The notes beneath the pieces are model-generated. The model was not told where the DNA came from and did no database searches. It worked only from the letters and a program-made list of their open reading frames with translations. The position numbers were made by a program, and so were the translations under genes. Of a DNA stretch of 61,375 bases, positions 38,952-51,169 are shown piece after piece; positions within the stretch are counted from its first letter, which is position 1, and each line of letters starts with the position of its first letter. This DNA is from Malacoraja senta (taxonomy: Eukaryota): contig JAXLNO010000293.1 of assembly GCA_038087875.1 (NCBI GenBank), positions 186,001 to 247,375 of the forward strand, in the 5' to 3' direction.

Positions 38952-40205
38952 GCCTCGGAAGTCTTCTATGGGGATGGATCCACACGTTCTGGCCGGGCTG
39001 GAGTTTCAGAATTCTGGATGCAGGCGGCAGATTCGCCCCGTTGCTTGCATTATTGCGTTTTCAGCACGGGGCTTCGGCGGGAAGCTCGGCAGGTGCAGCA
39101 CGATGTTCGGAGACAGAGGAAGAGTCGTCTGCCCCTCGAGCGTGCGGCGATTCCTCCACCGGTGATCAGTCGCGTGATTACCGCTGCCGGGTAATCTGCC
39201 GAAATCGCGGTAAATCCGGGGGTACCCGGCGACCCGGCTCTCCAACGCGGACTTCCGCGATGACTCGATGAGCACCGAAACGGCGAGCCCAAGCCGCCGT
39301 GCAGCTGCGATACAGGCCCGCAAATTCGGCCTTGTAAGTCGGCTATGGGGATGGATGCAGCCGGACTGGCCGGGCCGGAGATCCAGAACCCTGGCTGCAG
39401 GCGGCAGATTCGACCCGCCGGTTCCAACATCCTGTTTTCAGCACGGGGTTTCGGCGGGGAGCTCGGTGGGTGCTGCACGGGGTTTGGAAACACCAGAAGA
39501 GTCGGTGGCCCCCGTTCGGGCCGAGAATCTTCAACTGGTGACATGACCGAGTGTATGTACCGCTGCCGGGAACCTCCTGAAATCCCGGTCGGCTGTGAGA
39601 TGCCCGGCGATCTCGATCTCCACAGCGGACTGCCGCGACGAGTTGATGCGTTGCGGAACGTCTAGCCGACGCCGCCGCGGAGCCAAGATACAAGCCCACA
39701 GATACGTCCTTCGACGTCTTCTATTGGGATGGATCCACTCGGTCAGGTCGGGCCGGAGTTCCTGACACCCGCTGCATGAGGCAGATACGACCCGCCGATT
39801 ACAACATTGCGTTTTCGGCACGGAGCGTCGGAGAAGTACGCGGCGGGTGCAGCACGGTGTTCGGAGACACCCGAAGAGTCGGCGGCGCGATGTTCGGTTC
39901 GCGACACGTCAACGGTGACCGAACGCGTGTGTGTACAGCTTCCGGGAATCTGTCTAAATCGCGATAGGCTGCGAGCGCACGGCGACCCCGCTGTCCGTCG
40001 CGGATTACCACGCCGATCGAATGGCGATCCTTATCCGCCGCGGAGCCGAAATACGGGCCCGCAAATTAGGCCTCGGAAGTCAGCTATGGGGATGCATCCG
40101 CCTGAACTCTGTGGACCGGAGATCCAGATTTCCGGCCGTAGGCAGCAAATTCAACCCGCCGATTGCGACATTGCGTTTTCAGCACGTCGCTTCGGAGGGG
40201 ATCTC
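38952..40205. repeat. CpG-rich diverged tandem repeat, ~363-378-bp unit, ~3.3 copies
   Basis: Anchor ctatggggatg recurs at 38966, 39343, 39721 and 40084, with colinear motifs gcagattcg, ttgcgttttcagcacgg and gaagagtcg. Confidence 0.85.
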
Positions 40206-40214
40206 CGTGGAACC

Positions 40215-41845
40215 GAGATTGGTGCAGTGCCTCCGAGGTGGATTCTTAGAGCAGCTTGCTCTAAACCTACCTGGGACAAAACAATTCTGGATTTAGTGTT
40301 GTGTAATGGATCGAATTTGATAAAGACCCCAGGGTAAAGAAACCATTAGGAGGTAGCGACAACAATATGATAAGTTGTAATCTGCAATTTGAGAAGGATA
40401 AGGTGATATCGGATGTGTCGGTATTGCGTCTGTGCAAAGGGGACTACAGAGGCATGAGGGAGGAGCTAGCCAAAGTTGACTTACAGGGACCCTACCAGGG
40501 ATGACGGTGGAACATCAATGGCAGGAATTTCTGGGAATAAACCGGAGATGCAGGATCTTTTTATTCCGACGAAGAAGAAAGATTCTCGGGGGAGAAAGAG
40601 ACGACAGTGGCAGACAAGAGAAGTTAAGGGCAGTAGAAAACTAAAAGAGAAGGTGTATAACATAGCAATGATTAGCCGGAAGCCCGAGGATTGGATAGGT
40701 TTTCAAGAACAATAGAAGGTAACTATAAAGGCAATACAGGGTGAAATGATGAAATACGAAGGTAAGCTAGCCAATAATATAAAATAGGATAGTTTCTTCA
40801 GTTATATAAAGTGTAAGAAAGAGGCAAGGGTGCACGTTGAACCGCTGGGAAATTATGCAGGAAAAGTAATAATGGGGAATAAAGAAATGGCAGAGGAGTT
40901 GAATAACATCTTCGCAGTCTTCACAGTGGAAAACACCTGAAACGTGCCTGAAATTCATGGGAGTCAGGGGGAGGAAGTCGGTGGACTGGCTTTTACTGGG
41001 GAGGTGGTGCTTGGGAAGCTGAAATGGCTGAAGGTGGATGTAAACTGGACCAGATGGACTGAACCCTAAGGTTCTGAAAGAGGTGGCTTTAACGACTGTG
41101 GAGGCATTGGTAGTGATATTTCAAGAATCACTGAAGCCAGGAGTGGTTCCAGATGATTGGAAAATTGCCGATATTACCCCGCTGCACAAGAAGGGAGCAA
41201 AGCAGAATAGTGGAAACTATTCGCCGGTTAGTCTGACTTCAGTGGTTGGTAAGATTTTATAATCCATATAAAGGATGAGGTTCAAATTACCTAGAAGTTC
41301 ATGATCAAATAGCCCGGTCAGCATGGCTTTGTTACAAATTAGCTGGAATTCTTTGAAGAAGGAAATAGCAGGACAAAAGAAAGTCAGTAGATAATTTTTA
41401 CCTAGATTTTCAGAAAGTCTTTGATAAGTTGCTACACCTTAGACTGCTGTGAAAGATGAGAGCCCATGGTATCAAAGGGCAGATATTAGCATGGATAGCA
41501 GTTAGGCTGGATGACAGAAGGCAGAGAGTGGCAATAAATGGGGCTTTATCTGGTTGGCTGCAGTGACTAGTGGAGTTCCGCAAGGGTCGGTACTATGGCC
41601 GCTACTTCACGTTGTATTACAATGATTTGGACGAGGAAAATGAAAGCGTTGTGGACAAGTTTGCGGATAATGCGAAAATAGGAGGAGGGGCAGGTAGTAT
41701 AGAGAAAGCAGGGACTCTGCAGAAGGACCCGCACAGGTTGGGAGAGTGGGCAGAGAAGTGGCAGATGGAATATAGTGTAGCAAAGTGTGGAGTCATTCAT
41801 TTTGGTGGTAGGAATAAAGGCGGAGATTATTTTCCAAATAGCGAG
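40215..41845 (+). mobile_element. CR1 LINE ORF2 fragment, decayed
   Basis: PTWDKTILDLVLCN, YNDLDEENESVVDKFADNAKIGG, WAEKWQMEYSVAKCGVIHFG. Confidence 0.85.
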
Positions 41846-41849
41846 ATTT

Positions 41850-42834
41850 TACAAGTGAACACGTTCAAGGATCTGACTAGTAGAACAAAAATAAAAGGCA
41901 CACTCGTCCGGTCAGTTACAAAGCAGGTTTATTGGCAGGAGATAGAACAAAAACAATACTTATCTCGGTATGCGCCGGGTCCGTCTTACAGCAGCACACC
42001 TCCCCCTCTCTCTGCCTCCGTCCGCGGCGCTGATCGCAACCCAGCCCGTCAGTGAATCCCTCTCGTCAATAACGACATTATGGCTTCCCGGCGACTGCGT
42101 TTATACAGGCAGAAACCAGTCGTCAATAGCGCTGCTCCCAAATTTAAATTACAACCAAATGGCATGTAACACGGGCTATTACGGAGACCGAGTGGTTCTG
42201 TGCTATTGCATTTCCCTCCTATGATACTGCGAAGCTGGTACGGGAAATAATTAACATGGCTTCAGCCATGGAAGAAATAGCCAATGGGACGGCAGACACC
42301 CTGAGTGGGGTAAAAGAGATCATCACAGAACTATCAGCTGAAGTATTCGCACCGTAGGTCGACAGAACCGCATGCCCCCCCCCCCCCTGGAAACAAAGTG
42401 CTATCAGCTGCAAACTTGGCGCGTAAATCAATGCATACAGCGCTGCAGACTTGACGCGAAAGGTTTAAACAGAGCGCTGCCAGAATGCGTGGGGTTTTAA
42501 ACGAAGCGCTTTAACCACAGGGCTATGGGGTTTAACCATGGCCAAGCTGGACATCGGCGAGTCACGGCGCCAGATGGGATGGGGTTTCGCCCGAGATAGA
42601 TGCTTGCCTCTTTATCGGGGTTGTGTAATAGTTAATAGAATATTTGTTAAATAGTTGTTTGATGATTTTGTAACATGATGGTGAGTATGTCACCACGGTT
42701 TTGTTGTTTGGATTTTGTCTCGTGTTGAAATTAAATAAATTATTTTTTGAGACAAAAACATGGGCTTTAAACATAGGGTAATGGCCACAGCGCTATTGGG
42801 TCACAAACTGTTGGGGCGAAATTCTCGCATAACG
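41850..42834 (-). repeat. Probable 3' LTR of the endogenous retrovirus
   Basis: Follows a polypurine tract (42835-42850); minus-strand TATAAA at 42100-42105 and AATAAA at 41928-41933 in U3-R order; no partner LTR in the window. Confidence 0.55.
42161..42357 (+). pseudogene. env: Inverted env fragment (cleavage site, fusion peptide, heptad)
   Basis: Encodes VTRAITETEWFCAIAFPSYDTAKLVREIINMASAMEEIANGTADTLSGVKEIITELSAE; homologous to 43150-43320 on the opposite strand. Confidence 0.8.
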
Positions 42835-42859
42835 TCCTCCCCCCCCCCCCCGGAACAGG

Positions 42860-43997
42860 CTGCTTACCGCCACATCCGGCCCACAGGCTGTAGTAAAGGC
42901 CACGCGGTCGTCATGCCAATCCACACACACAACGCAGTCATATTATGGCCAACAAGATTGTCCCAATGGTCAGTTTTCAATGTACCACTGTTGTCCACCA
43001 TCCTTCATACATCCCGAAAAGCCACTGTCCTCCCGGGAGGTTGTAGTCGTGGTACTGTTCTCCGACCCTTCCAATCGTATCCACAGTTTCCTGGGTGTGG
43101 TCAGCGAGGTTGGTGAAGTTCCCGGATTCACTTGGAAAATAAGTACAGCGTTCTATGATGGCCTCTTTTACCCCACTCAGGGTGTCTGCCGTCTCATTGG
43201 CTATTTCTTCCATGGCTGAAGCCATGTTCATCATTTCCCGTGCCAGCTTCGCAGTACCGTAGGACGGAAATGCAACAGCACAGAACCACTCTGCCTCCGT
43301 AATAGCCCGTTTTACATTGCCGGGGGTATGAGGGTAAGTATGGCAAATGTCTCAGGTGGGGTGCCGCATATGCCAGGTAACAGCAGCCCGTCCAGGACAT
43401 TGGTCTCTCCCATGTCCCGAAGTACACCCCGGGCATTCCCGGGAGCAGCAGTAGGCCCAGAGTCCACACACCCAGTAGGTTCCATTAACGGGGTGTGGGG
43501 GAGCCGCCAGGTGTATGTCTTACAGGTACTATTACCCAGGGAAGGGCCCGACCCCTCAAAGTTACAATGGCAGGGACTATTGCTGGACTCGTCGGCTCCA
43601 GTTAGGCGGAAGTGGAGCTTCCTTCCCACCCGAATATCGTTGAGTGGCGGAATGTACAACCCGTCAAAGCAGTGACACTGGCAATCAAGGGTGGTTTGGT
43701 GGCAGTTCTTAGCCGCACCACTCCTGGTCTCGCTACAAAAAGACCCTGCGGACAATTGTTCGCTATGATTTAAGTGGGCTGCCCACAATGGGATGTCGCC
43801 ACTGTGGTACTGGATGCGTGTACACACCCAGCACGCTGAGACATTGAGCCGTTGGCGAATTTATAGCTGAGGGTGAGAAACGAGTTTGGAACAGGAGATT
43901 CATGAATGGAGGCCGAGGTGTCCACATTCCCTCCGAAAACCACAAGCAGGCAAGCAACAGTAAACCAACAATAATTCACCCATGTCCTTCCGGACAA
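42860..43997 (-). pseudogene. env: ERV env remnant
   Basis: Signal-peptide-like CWFTVACLLVVFGG, ACWVCTRIQYHSGDIPLW (CXXC), WTGCCYLAYAAP, VKRAITEAEWFCAVAFPSYGTAKLAREM, CTYFPSESGNFTNLADH, TM-like TILLAII; frameshifted. Confidence 0.85.
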
Positions 43998-43999
43998 TC

Positions 44000-45300
44000 A
44001 CACCGCCCAATACAATAGTGATGGGCCCGATGTCCTTGGGTCCAAGGTACTTGGGTCGTGGGTGTTCCACTGGTACCTGGTGCCGCACCGTTCAGTCTTG
44101 GTGATACTCCTCCATGAGCACGTGGGTCTGCAGCGTATCGATCAGTTGTTGCCTTGTAATGGGGGCAAAGCACACACTCTCTCTTTTATTTAGCATCTGG
44201 GTGTTTAAACACACCATCCGCTGTCCCCCCGGCAACGCTCCCCATCGCCTATTCCCCGGTCCGCGCGCCACATTCGCCCCCTTTTTCCGGCGGCTTTTTA
44301 AAAATATTGTACCCAGCCCTTTCCTGATTCTTCCTCCACCAATTCCACTTCCTGAGTCTTTGGAGGGTCCGACACTGCCAAGTGCCGCGACATAGGTGAT
44401 CCTCATTGGCTCAACAGCCGTGAGTTCAGTTTGCTCACGGCTGGTTGCAGGACTCCCAACCGCCACTGGAGGGTGCGCAGCGCTGTCAGCAACTTGATTT
44501 GCTGCTTCAGTCGTTAAATAAGTCCAGCAGCCTGTGGGTAGTACGGGATGTGGAAAACCCATACAATGCTAGATTCCTGGACACGGGATCCCACAAAGTG
44601 GGAGCCGTTGACCGACTGTATTTCCCATGAGATCGTCTACACAGAGGACAGTTGCTACAAACCTTTAACTGTGCTGTCCTGATCTGCGTGGCTGCAGGGG
44701 TACGCCATCAATATTCCTCAATAGGATCCACCATGATTATTACATATCTGTTCTTATTTTCTTGTGGGAGTGGCCCGGTATAATCAATCTGCCAAATTTG
44801 GCCGCCCCCTGTGCGACGCCTAATTTGACCTCATGGACCTATTGGGCATCGTCGGGGCTTTATTCGTTGGCAAACCTTGCAGTTAGTAACCACCGTTTTC
44901 GCTTCATCGTGCCTTGGTGCCACCTCTCGTGCTTCAGCACATTTCCTAGCCCCATCCACCCCTAGATGCCCGCTCTTCTGATGCGCCCAGACAGCGAGGT
45001 GCTCTCTTTCATCGCCGGGCTGCGCCGTGATGTACATAATCTGGGCTGCCCCATCGACAGCAGCATTATGTATTGCCTCAGTCCCGTGCAGTGTGGGCAT
45101 CGACGTGCTAGACCGTAATCAGGCGGTGGCGGGTCTGTTCCCGCATATGTTACCAGTAGGGCAACCCCATAGGTGGCGGCCGTGTTTCCCAATGCCGGCT
45201 TTGCCAGCGGGGCATCCAGACAGCCATCCCACTGTGTGTTTAAGGGGCAGGGTGACGGCCACCAACTCAGCCAGCTGACTAGACCCCCCCCCCCCTCTAC
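44000..45300 (-). pseudogene. pol: ERV pol remnant (RNase H C-terminus and integrase), class III/ERV-L-like
   Basis: [25 protein letters not shown]...CKVC (HHCC), WQIDYTGPLP, HIPYYPQAAGLI. Confidence 0.85.
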
Positions 45301-45445
45301 AACAAGTCAAGTCACTTTTATTTCTATAGCACATTTAAAAAACTACTCTCGTTGACCAATGTGCTTTACATTGGTGGAGGTACTAACGTTATACAACAGT
45401 GGTTGTATAAACCCCTGAGAATCCCGCGCTCCGAACCGAGTCCCA

Positions 45446-46780
45446 TTATTTTTATTCTTTTTATTTATAACCAAAAATAATTTAATCCATTATTAAAATA
45501 ATATTTATAGTCCAATATAAAACGAAACAAAACCCACCACCATAATACACGTCAAACAAATATCCGAAATAAACTCGTTACAACTATATTACAAACCCCA
45601 TCGAGGATGAATTCCACCCCACGCGGTGCCCAGCGGTCCCGGAAATCCCCGGGGAGCCCGTAGACAGCGCGTGGTGCATCTCAAGAACCACCCGAGCGCG
45701 GACGTAACCCCGGAATAGCGGCAGGCAGCCGGCTCTGGCAGAGCCCTCTTCCGCCTGGCGCCGTGTCGCCGATGGCCAGCTTGGCTAGGGCTCAAAGCAG
45801 GACATCTTTAGCCCACCTTCTCCCCTACGCACAGGATGTCCAAAGATGAGGATGGTGGGTGAGACATTCAGCCAGAATGCAAGGAGCAGCCCCTTTAGAT
45901 ATTGGAACAGGGGCCTCAACCTCACACACTCCACATACACGTGGAACACAGACTCTTCTAGCCCGCAACACTGGCCGGCGGCTGGCGAGTCTGTGAACCG
46001 CGAGACAAACAGGTTGCAAGGGAATCCTCGGTGCAGCACCCGCCACCCCAGGTACCCGATGTAGAGGGGAGAATCGCTGTGTAGAGGGACCCCCTCTCGT
46101 GACTAAAAGACAACACCGGCGGCCACTATGTGTCTGGACAATGGACCAGTGCAGGGTGTGGAGGAGTAGCCCGTACAGGAGACGCCTCCCTGCGTATCGG
46201 AGGTGAAGGGTGTTGATGAAAGGCGGCTCATGTTGTGCGGGACCGGTTCACGAGAAGGTTTACGGCGCCAGGGACCGACCAGTCCTTCCAGCTGAGCGGG
46301 GGCTTTCTCAGCCGCAAGTACTCCACACGTTCGCGTCTCCCCGACACCCGCTGGGGCGGGACAAGGGCTGGCCGCTCTTGACACCGATGGTGGGCATCAG
46401 CCGTGCTGTCCAGCAGAGGATGCCTGGCTTCTACCGGGACCTGCTGAGAGTCTGGAACCTGGTTGCCTTCCGCCGGCGGAGGGGGCCCCGGTCGACGGCA
46501 ACCAGGTTCCAGACTCTCAGCAGGTCCCGGTAGAAGCCAGGCATCCTCTGCTGGACAGCACGGCTGATGCCCGCCATCGGTATCCGCGTACCTCCTTGAC
46601 GGTAGCGGCCCTGTTGGAAAGAGTGCGTGGCCAGCACGTGCCGCCTGGGAGGATGCCCCTGAGTACAGGTATCTCTGCAGGGTCCTGAGGCGGAGAGCCG
46701 CCAGCTGGGTGCGGATGTAGACCAGCGACTGACCGCCCTCCTCGCTCGGGAGACTCAGGACCGCTGCACAGACCCAGCGG
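45446..46780 (-). mobile_element. Tx1-type L1 ORF2 3' fragment (copy 1)
   Basis: GGQSLVYIRTQLAALRLRTLQRYL and LHRG...CCGLEESVFHVYVECVRLRPLF (zf-RVT). Confidence 0.75.
46383..46581. repeat. Inverted repeat, ~85-bp arms with a 29-bp spacer
   Basis: 46383-46467 is the reverse complement of 46497-46581 with one mismatch. Confidence 0.9.
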
Positions 46781-47149
46781 AGCAGAGGGTCCAGGCGGGC
46801 TGGGGGTTCAGACTGGCCGTCGGGACGCGGTCACAGCACAGACTGGCCATCGGGACGGGGAAAGATGGAGACGGTTCCGGTCGGTGTTGGTCCGGCCAGG
46901 GTGGGGTGCGAGCGGCGTGTGGTCCCGGCGGTCAGTCTGGGCTGCGACACGTTCCAGACGGCCTGACCGGCGTCCGCCACCGCACCGGAGATCAGACTGT
47001 GCTCCCAGCCCTCCCCACGGTCAGTATGTGCTCGGCCCGGGACCCGCCCGCCGCCGCTGACAGCTCCGGTTGTTTGGTGAGGTTTACCCCGATAATGCCC
47101 ACTGCGCTACAGGACTGGTCGGTCACACAACCTTGCAGTGAACAGCGGG

Positions 47150-47570
47150 AAATTGGGATCCAATGAAATGGCGGGGGAATGGCCCTTCGGCCCAACTTGC
47201 CCACACCGACCAACATGCCGGGATTATCCCGCGATAAACCGGCAACGGAAGCATTCCCGGAAAAAAACGGGTGTTGGGATCATGTCCCACCTGCCTGCCT
47301 TTGGCACTAACCCCTCTAGACCCGACATATCCATGTACCTGTGTAACAGTTTCATAAATGTTGGGATAGTCCCTGCCTCAACTACCTCCTCTGACAGATT
47401 GTTCCATACACCCACCACCCTGTGTGTGAAAAGGTTACCCCTCAGGTTCCTATTAACTCTCCCCCTCCCCCCCACCAGTCACTGCCCTCCACCGTAAACC
47501 TATGCCCTCTGGTTCTCCATTCCCCTACTCTGGACCAGAGACTCGGTGCGTCTGCCCGATCTATTCCTCG
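47150..47570 (-). mobile_element. CR1 3'-end fragment (copy 1; copy 2 at ~52860-53280)
   Basis: RNLRGNLFTHRVVGVWNNLSEEVVEAGTIPTFMKLLHRYMD is a CR1 ORF2 C-terminus. Confidence 0.8.
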
Positions 47571-48339
47571 CGATCACCTCCATTGTCGTTACAATTGCCC
47601 GGCGGGTCACCGTGAGGTTGTGTGACTGACAATTACTCCGCCCCTGCAGTTCCCGGACGGTTCCCGCGATAAACGGGCGGTGGGTCTGCTCCCGTGTCCA
47701 TCAGGCAATGATCCCGCTGTACAGGCACCGACGGTCAGCCTCGGCTTCCCCGCCCGACCCCGCGCCCACGGTTGGACGGCTCACAGACCCCTTCCCGTCG
47801 GTCGGTCTGGTGGGAAGTTTTGCGCGATTACCCGTCGCTCCCCAAGCGATTTCACCTACTTCAACAATCTCCCGGCGGCTGAGTGCAGTTTGTGCGGCGG
47901 ACAATCTATCGGGTCCGAGCGCCGGGAGGGTTCCCGGGGTGAACGTGCTCCGGGAGCGTCAATGGTCGCAGACGTTGAAGTGGATTGCCGGGGGAGACGG
48001 CTTTCTGGTTGTCAGGTGGTTGCCGTGGGGACGGGTGTCAGGTTGTCGGGCGGTTCTCGGGGGGTTAGAGTTCCAGTTGGCGGATGTCTGGGTGTCCGGT
48101 TGCCGGGTGACCGGGGGGACGGGTGTCCGGTAGCCTGGGGTCGTGCGAGTGTCTGTGGATCTGGATATGTTCCCACCAGGAGCAGCAACCACCCCCCCCT
48201 CCCCGTTCCCCCACGCCCCTCCCCCACATCCCTCCTCCTTCCCCCACCCACACGCTCACCTTGACGGCAGAGGGATAGGTGTCCGGTTGCCGGGGGGTTC
48301 CCGGGTGCGGTGGCGCGTTTGACCGGGGGTCTGGCTCTG

Positions 48340-50712
48340 GAGGTCTGGGTCTGGGCCTGGGTCTGGGTCTGGGCCTGTGTCTGTGTCTGGCACGGGAGGT
48401 CTGGGTCTGGGTCAGGGTCTGAGGCTGGGTCCGTGTCTGGGTCTGTGTCTGGGTCTGGGTCTGGGTCTGTCTCGAACTGGGTCAGGGTCTGGGTCTGTGT
48501 CTGGGTCTGTGTCTGGGTTCGGGTCTGTGTCTGGGTCCGGTTCTGGGTCTGGGTCTGTGTCTGGAACTGGGTCAGGGTCTGTGTCTGTGTCTGTGTCTGT
48601 GTCTGGGTTCGGGTCTGTGTCTGGGTCCGGGTCTGGGTCTGAGTCCGTGTCTGGGTCTGGAACTGGGCCAGGGTCTGGGTCTGGGTCTGGGTCTGTTTCT
48701 GGGTCTGCGTCTGTCTCTGGTTCTGGGTCTGGGTATGTGACTGTGTCTGGGTCTGTGTCTGGGTCTGGGTCTGTGTCTGGGTCTGGGTTTGGTCTGTGTC
48801 TGTGTCTGGGTCTGGGTCTGTGTCTGGCTCTGGGTCTGGGTCTGGGTCTGGGTCTGTGTCTGGAACTGGGTCAGGGTCTGGGTCTGTGTCTGTGTCTGGG
48901 TCTGGGTCTGGGTATATGTCTGGGTCGGAGTCTGGGTCTGGGTCTGTGTCTGGGTCTGGGTCTGTGTATGGGTCTGGGTCCGTGTCTTTGTCTATGTCTG
49001 GGTCTGGGGCTGGGTCTGGTTCTGGGTCTGTGTCTGGAACTGGGTCAGCGTCTGGGTCTGTGTCTGGGTCTGTGTCTGGATCCGGGTCTGGGTCTGTGTG
49101 TGGGTCTGTCTCTGGAACTGGGTCAGGGTCAGTGTCTGGGTCTGTGTCTGTGTCTGGATCTAGGTCTGATCCGGGTCTGTGTCTGGGTCCGGGTCTGTGT
49201 GTGTGTCTGTGTCTGGGTCTGTGTCTGGAAATGGGTCAGGGTCTGTGACTGTGTCTGTGTCTGTGTCTGGGTCTGTGTCTGTGTCTTGGTCTGGATCTGT
49301 GTCTGGGTCTGGGTCTGGGTCTGTGTCTGGGTCTGGGTCTGTGTCTGTGTCTGTGTCTGGGTATGGGTCTGGGTCTGGGTCTGTGTCTGTGTCTGGGTCA
49401 GTGTCTGGGTCTGAGTCTGGGTCTGTGTCTGGGTCTGGGTCTGGGTCTGGGGCTGGGGCTGGGCCTGTGTCTGAGTCTGGGTCTGGGTCTGGGTCTGGGT
49501 CTGGGTCTGGGTCTGGAACTGGGTCTGGGTCTGGGTCTGGGTCTGTGTCTGTGTCTGGGTCTGCGTCTGGGTCTGGGTCTGGGTCTGGGGCTGGGTCTGG
49601 GTCTGGGACTGTGTCTGTGTCTGGGTCTGTGTCTGGGTCTGTGTCTGGGTTTCTGGTCTGTTTCTGGGTCCGGGTCTGAATCTGGGTCTGGGTCTGAGTC
49701 TGGGTCTGTGTCTGGGTCTGGGTCTGCGTCCGGGTCTGGGTCTGACGCGGAAGGTCTGAGTCTGGGTCTGTCTTGGTCTGTGTCTGGGTCTGTGTCTGGG
49801 TCTGTCTTGGAAGGACTGGGTCTGGGTCTGGGTCTGGGTCTGGGTCTGGGTCTGGGTCTGTGTCTGTGTCTGGGTCAGTGTCTGGGTCTGAGTCTGTGTC
49901 TGGGTCTGTGTCTGGGTCTGGGTCTGGGTCTGGAGCTGGGGCTGGGTCTGTGTCTGAGTCTGGGTCTGGGTCTGGGTCTGGGTCGGGGTCTGGGTCTGGA
50001 ACTGTGTCTGGGTCTGGGTCTGGGTCTGTGTCTGTGTCTGGGTCTGCGTCTGGGTCTGGGTCTGGGTCTGGGTCTGGGGCTGGGTCTGGGTCTGGGACTG
50101 TGTCTGTGTCTGGATCTGTGTCTGGGTCTGTGTCTGGTTTTCTGGTCTGTTTCTGGGTCCGGGTCTGAGTCTGGGTCTGGGTCTGAGTCTGGGTCTGTGT
50201 CTGGGTCTGGGTCTGGGTCTGCGTCCGGGTCTGGGTCTGACGCGGGAGGTCTGAGTCTGGGTCTGTCTTGGTCTGTGTCTGGGTGTGTGTCTGGGTCTGT
50301 CTTGGAAGGGCTGGGTCTGGGTCTGGGTCTGGGTCTGGGTCTGGGTCTGGGTCTGGGTCTGGGTCTGTGTCTGGGTCCGGGTTTGGGTCTGAATCTGGGT
50401 TCTGGGTCTGGGTCTGGGTCGGAAGGTCTGTGTCTGTGTCTGTGTCTGGGTCTGTGTCTGGGTCTGGGTCTGGGTCTGCGTCCGGGTCTGGGTCTGACTC
50501 GGAAGGTCTGAGTCTGGGTCTGTGTCTGGGTCTGTGTCTGGGTCTGTGTCAGGGTCTGTCTTGGAAGGGCTGGGTCTGGGTCTGGGTCTGGGTCCGGCTC
50601 GGAAGGTCTGGGTCTGTTTCTAGGTCTGTGTCTGGGTCTGTGTCTGGGTCTGTGTCTGGGTCTGGGTCTGGATCTGGGTCTGGGTCCGGTTCTGGGTCCG
50701 GGTCTGGGTCTG
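48340..50712. repeat. (GGGTCT/GTGTCT)n hexamer array, copy 1
   Basis: Direct inspection; ~2.4 kb. Confidence 0.95.
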
Positions 50713-50745
50713 TGCCGGCCACCAGCCTCTCCCCGTTCCACTCAC

Positions 50746-50870
50746 CTCGACGGCGGAGGTGAACTGGAGCTGGTAGAGGATGAAGGTGACGAGGCCCCCA
50801 CTGGTGACGCTGCCCTTGGCCACCAGCAGCCCCCCGTACCACAGCACACGCACGTTCAGCAGCAGCCCCG
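50746..50870 (-). pseudogene. TAP1: Duplicated TAP1-like exon lacking its first 4 nt and splice acceptor
   Basis: [41 protein letters not shown] followed by a GTGAGT donor; the 5' end is replaced by ERV pol sequence. Confidence 0.8.
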
Positions 50871-51169
50871 CATATGTTACCAGTAGGGCAACCCCATAGG
50901 TGGCGGCCGTGTTTCCCAATGCCGGCTTTGCCAGCGGGGCATCCAGACAGCCATTCCACTGTGTGTTTAAGGGGCAGGGTGACGGCCACCAACTCAGCCA
51001 GCTGACTAGACCCCCCCCCCTCTACAACAAGTCAAGTCACTTTTATTTCTATAGCACATTTAAAAAACTACTCTCGTTGACCAATGTGCTTTACATTGGT
51101 GGAGGTACTAACGTTATACAACAGTGGTTGTATAAACCCCTGAGAATCCCGCGCTCCGAACCGAGTCCC

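Larger units (their letters stand above)
45140..50870. repeat. Tandem segmental duplication, unit 1 (~5.7 kb)
   Basis: Near-identical to 50867-61331 once the Gypsy insertion is removed; many ORF-track entries are duplicated with an offset of ~5710-5730. Confidence 0.95.

Noticed and set aside
48252..48345. Minus-strand caag|gtgagc donor as a possible next TAP1 exon (also ~53975)
   Set aside because: None of the three frames resembles TAP1, and the upstream sequence is the hexamer array.
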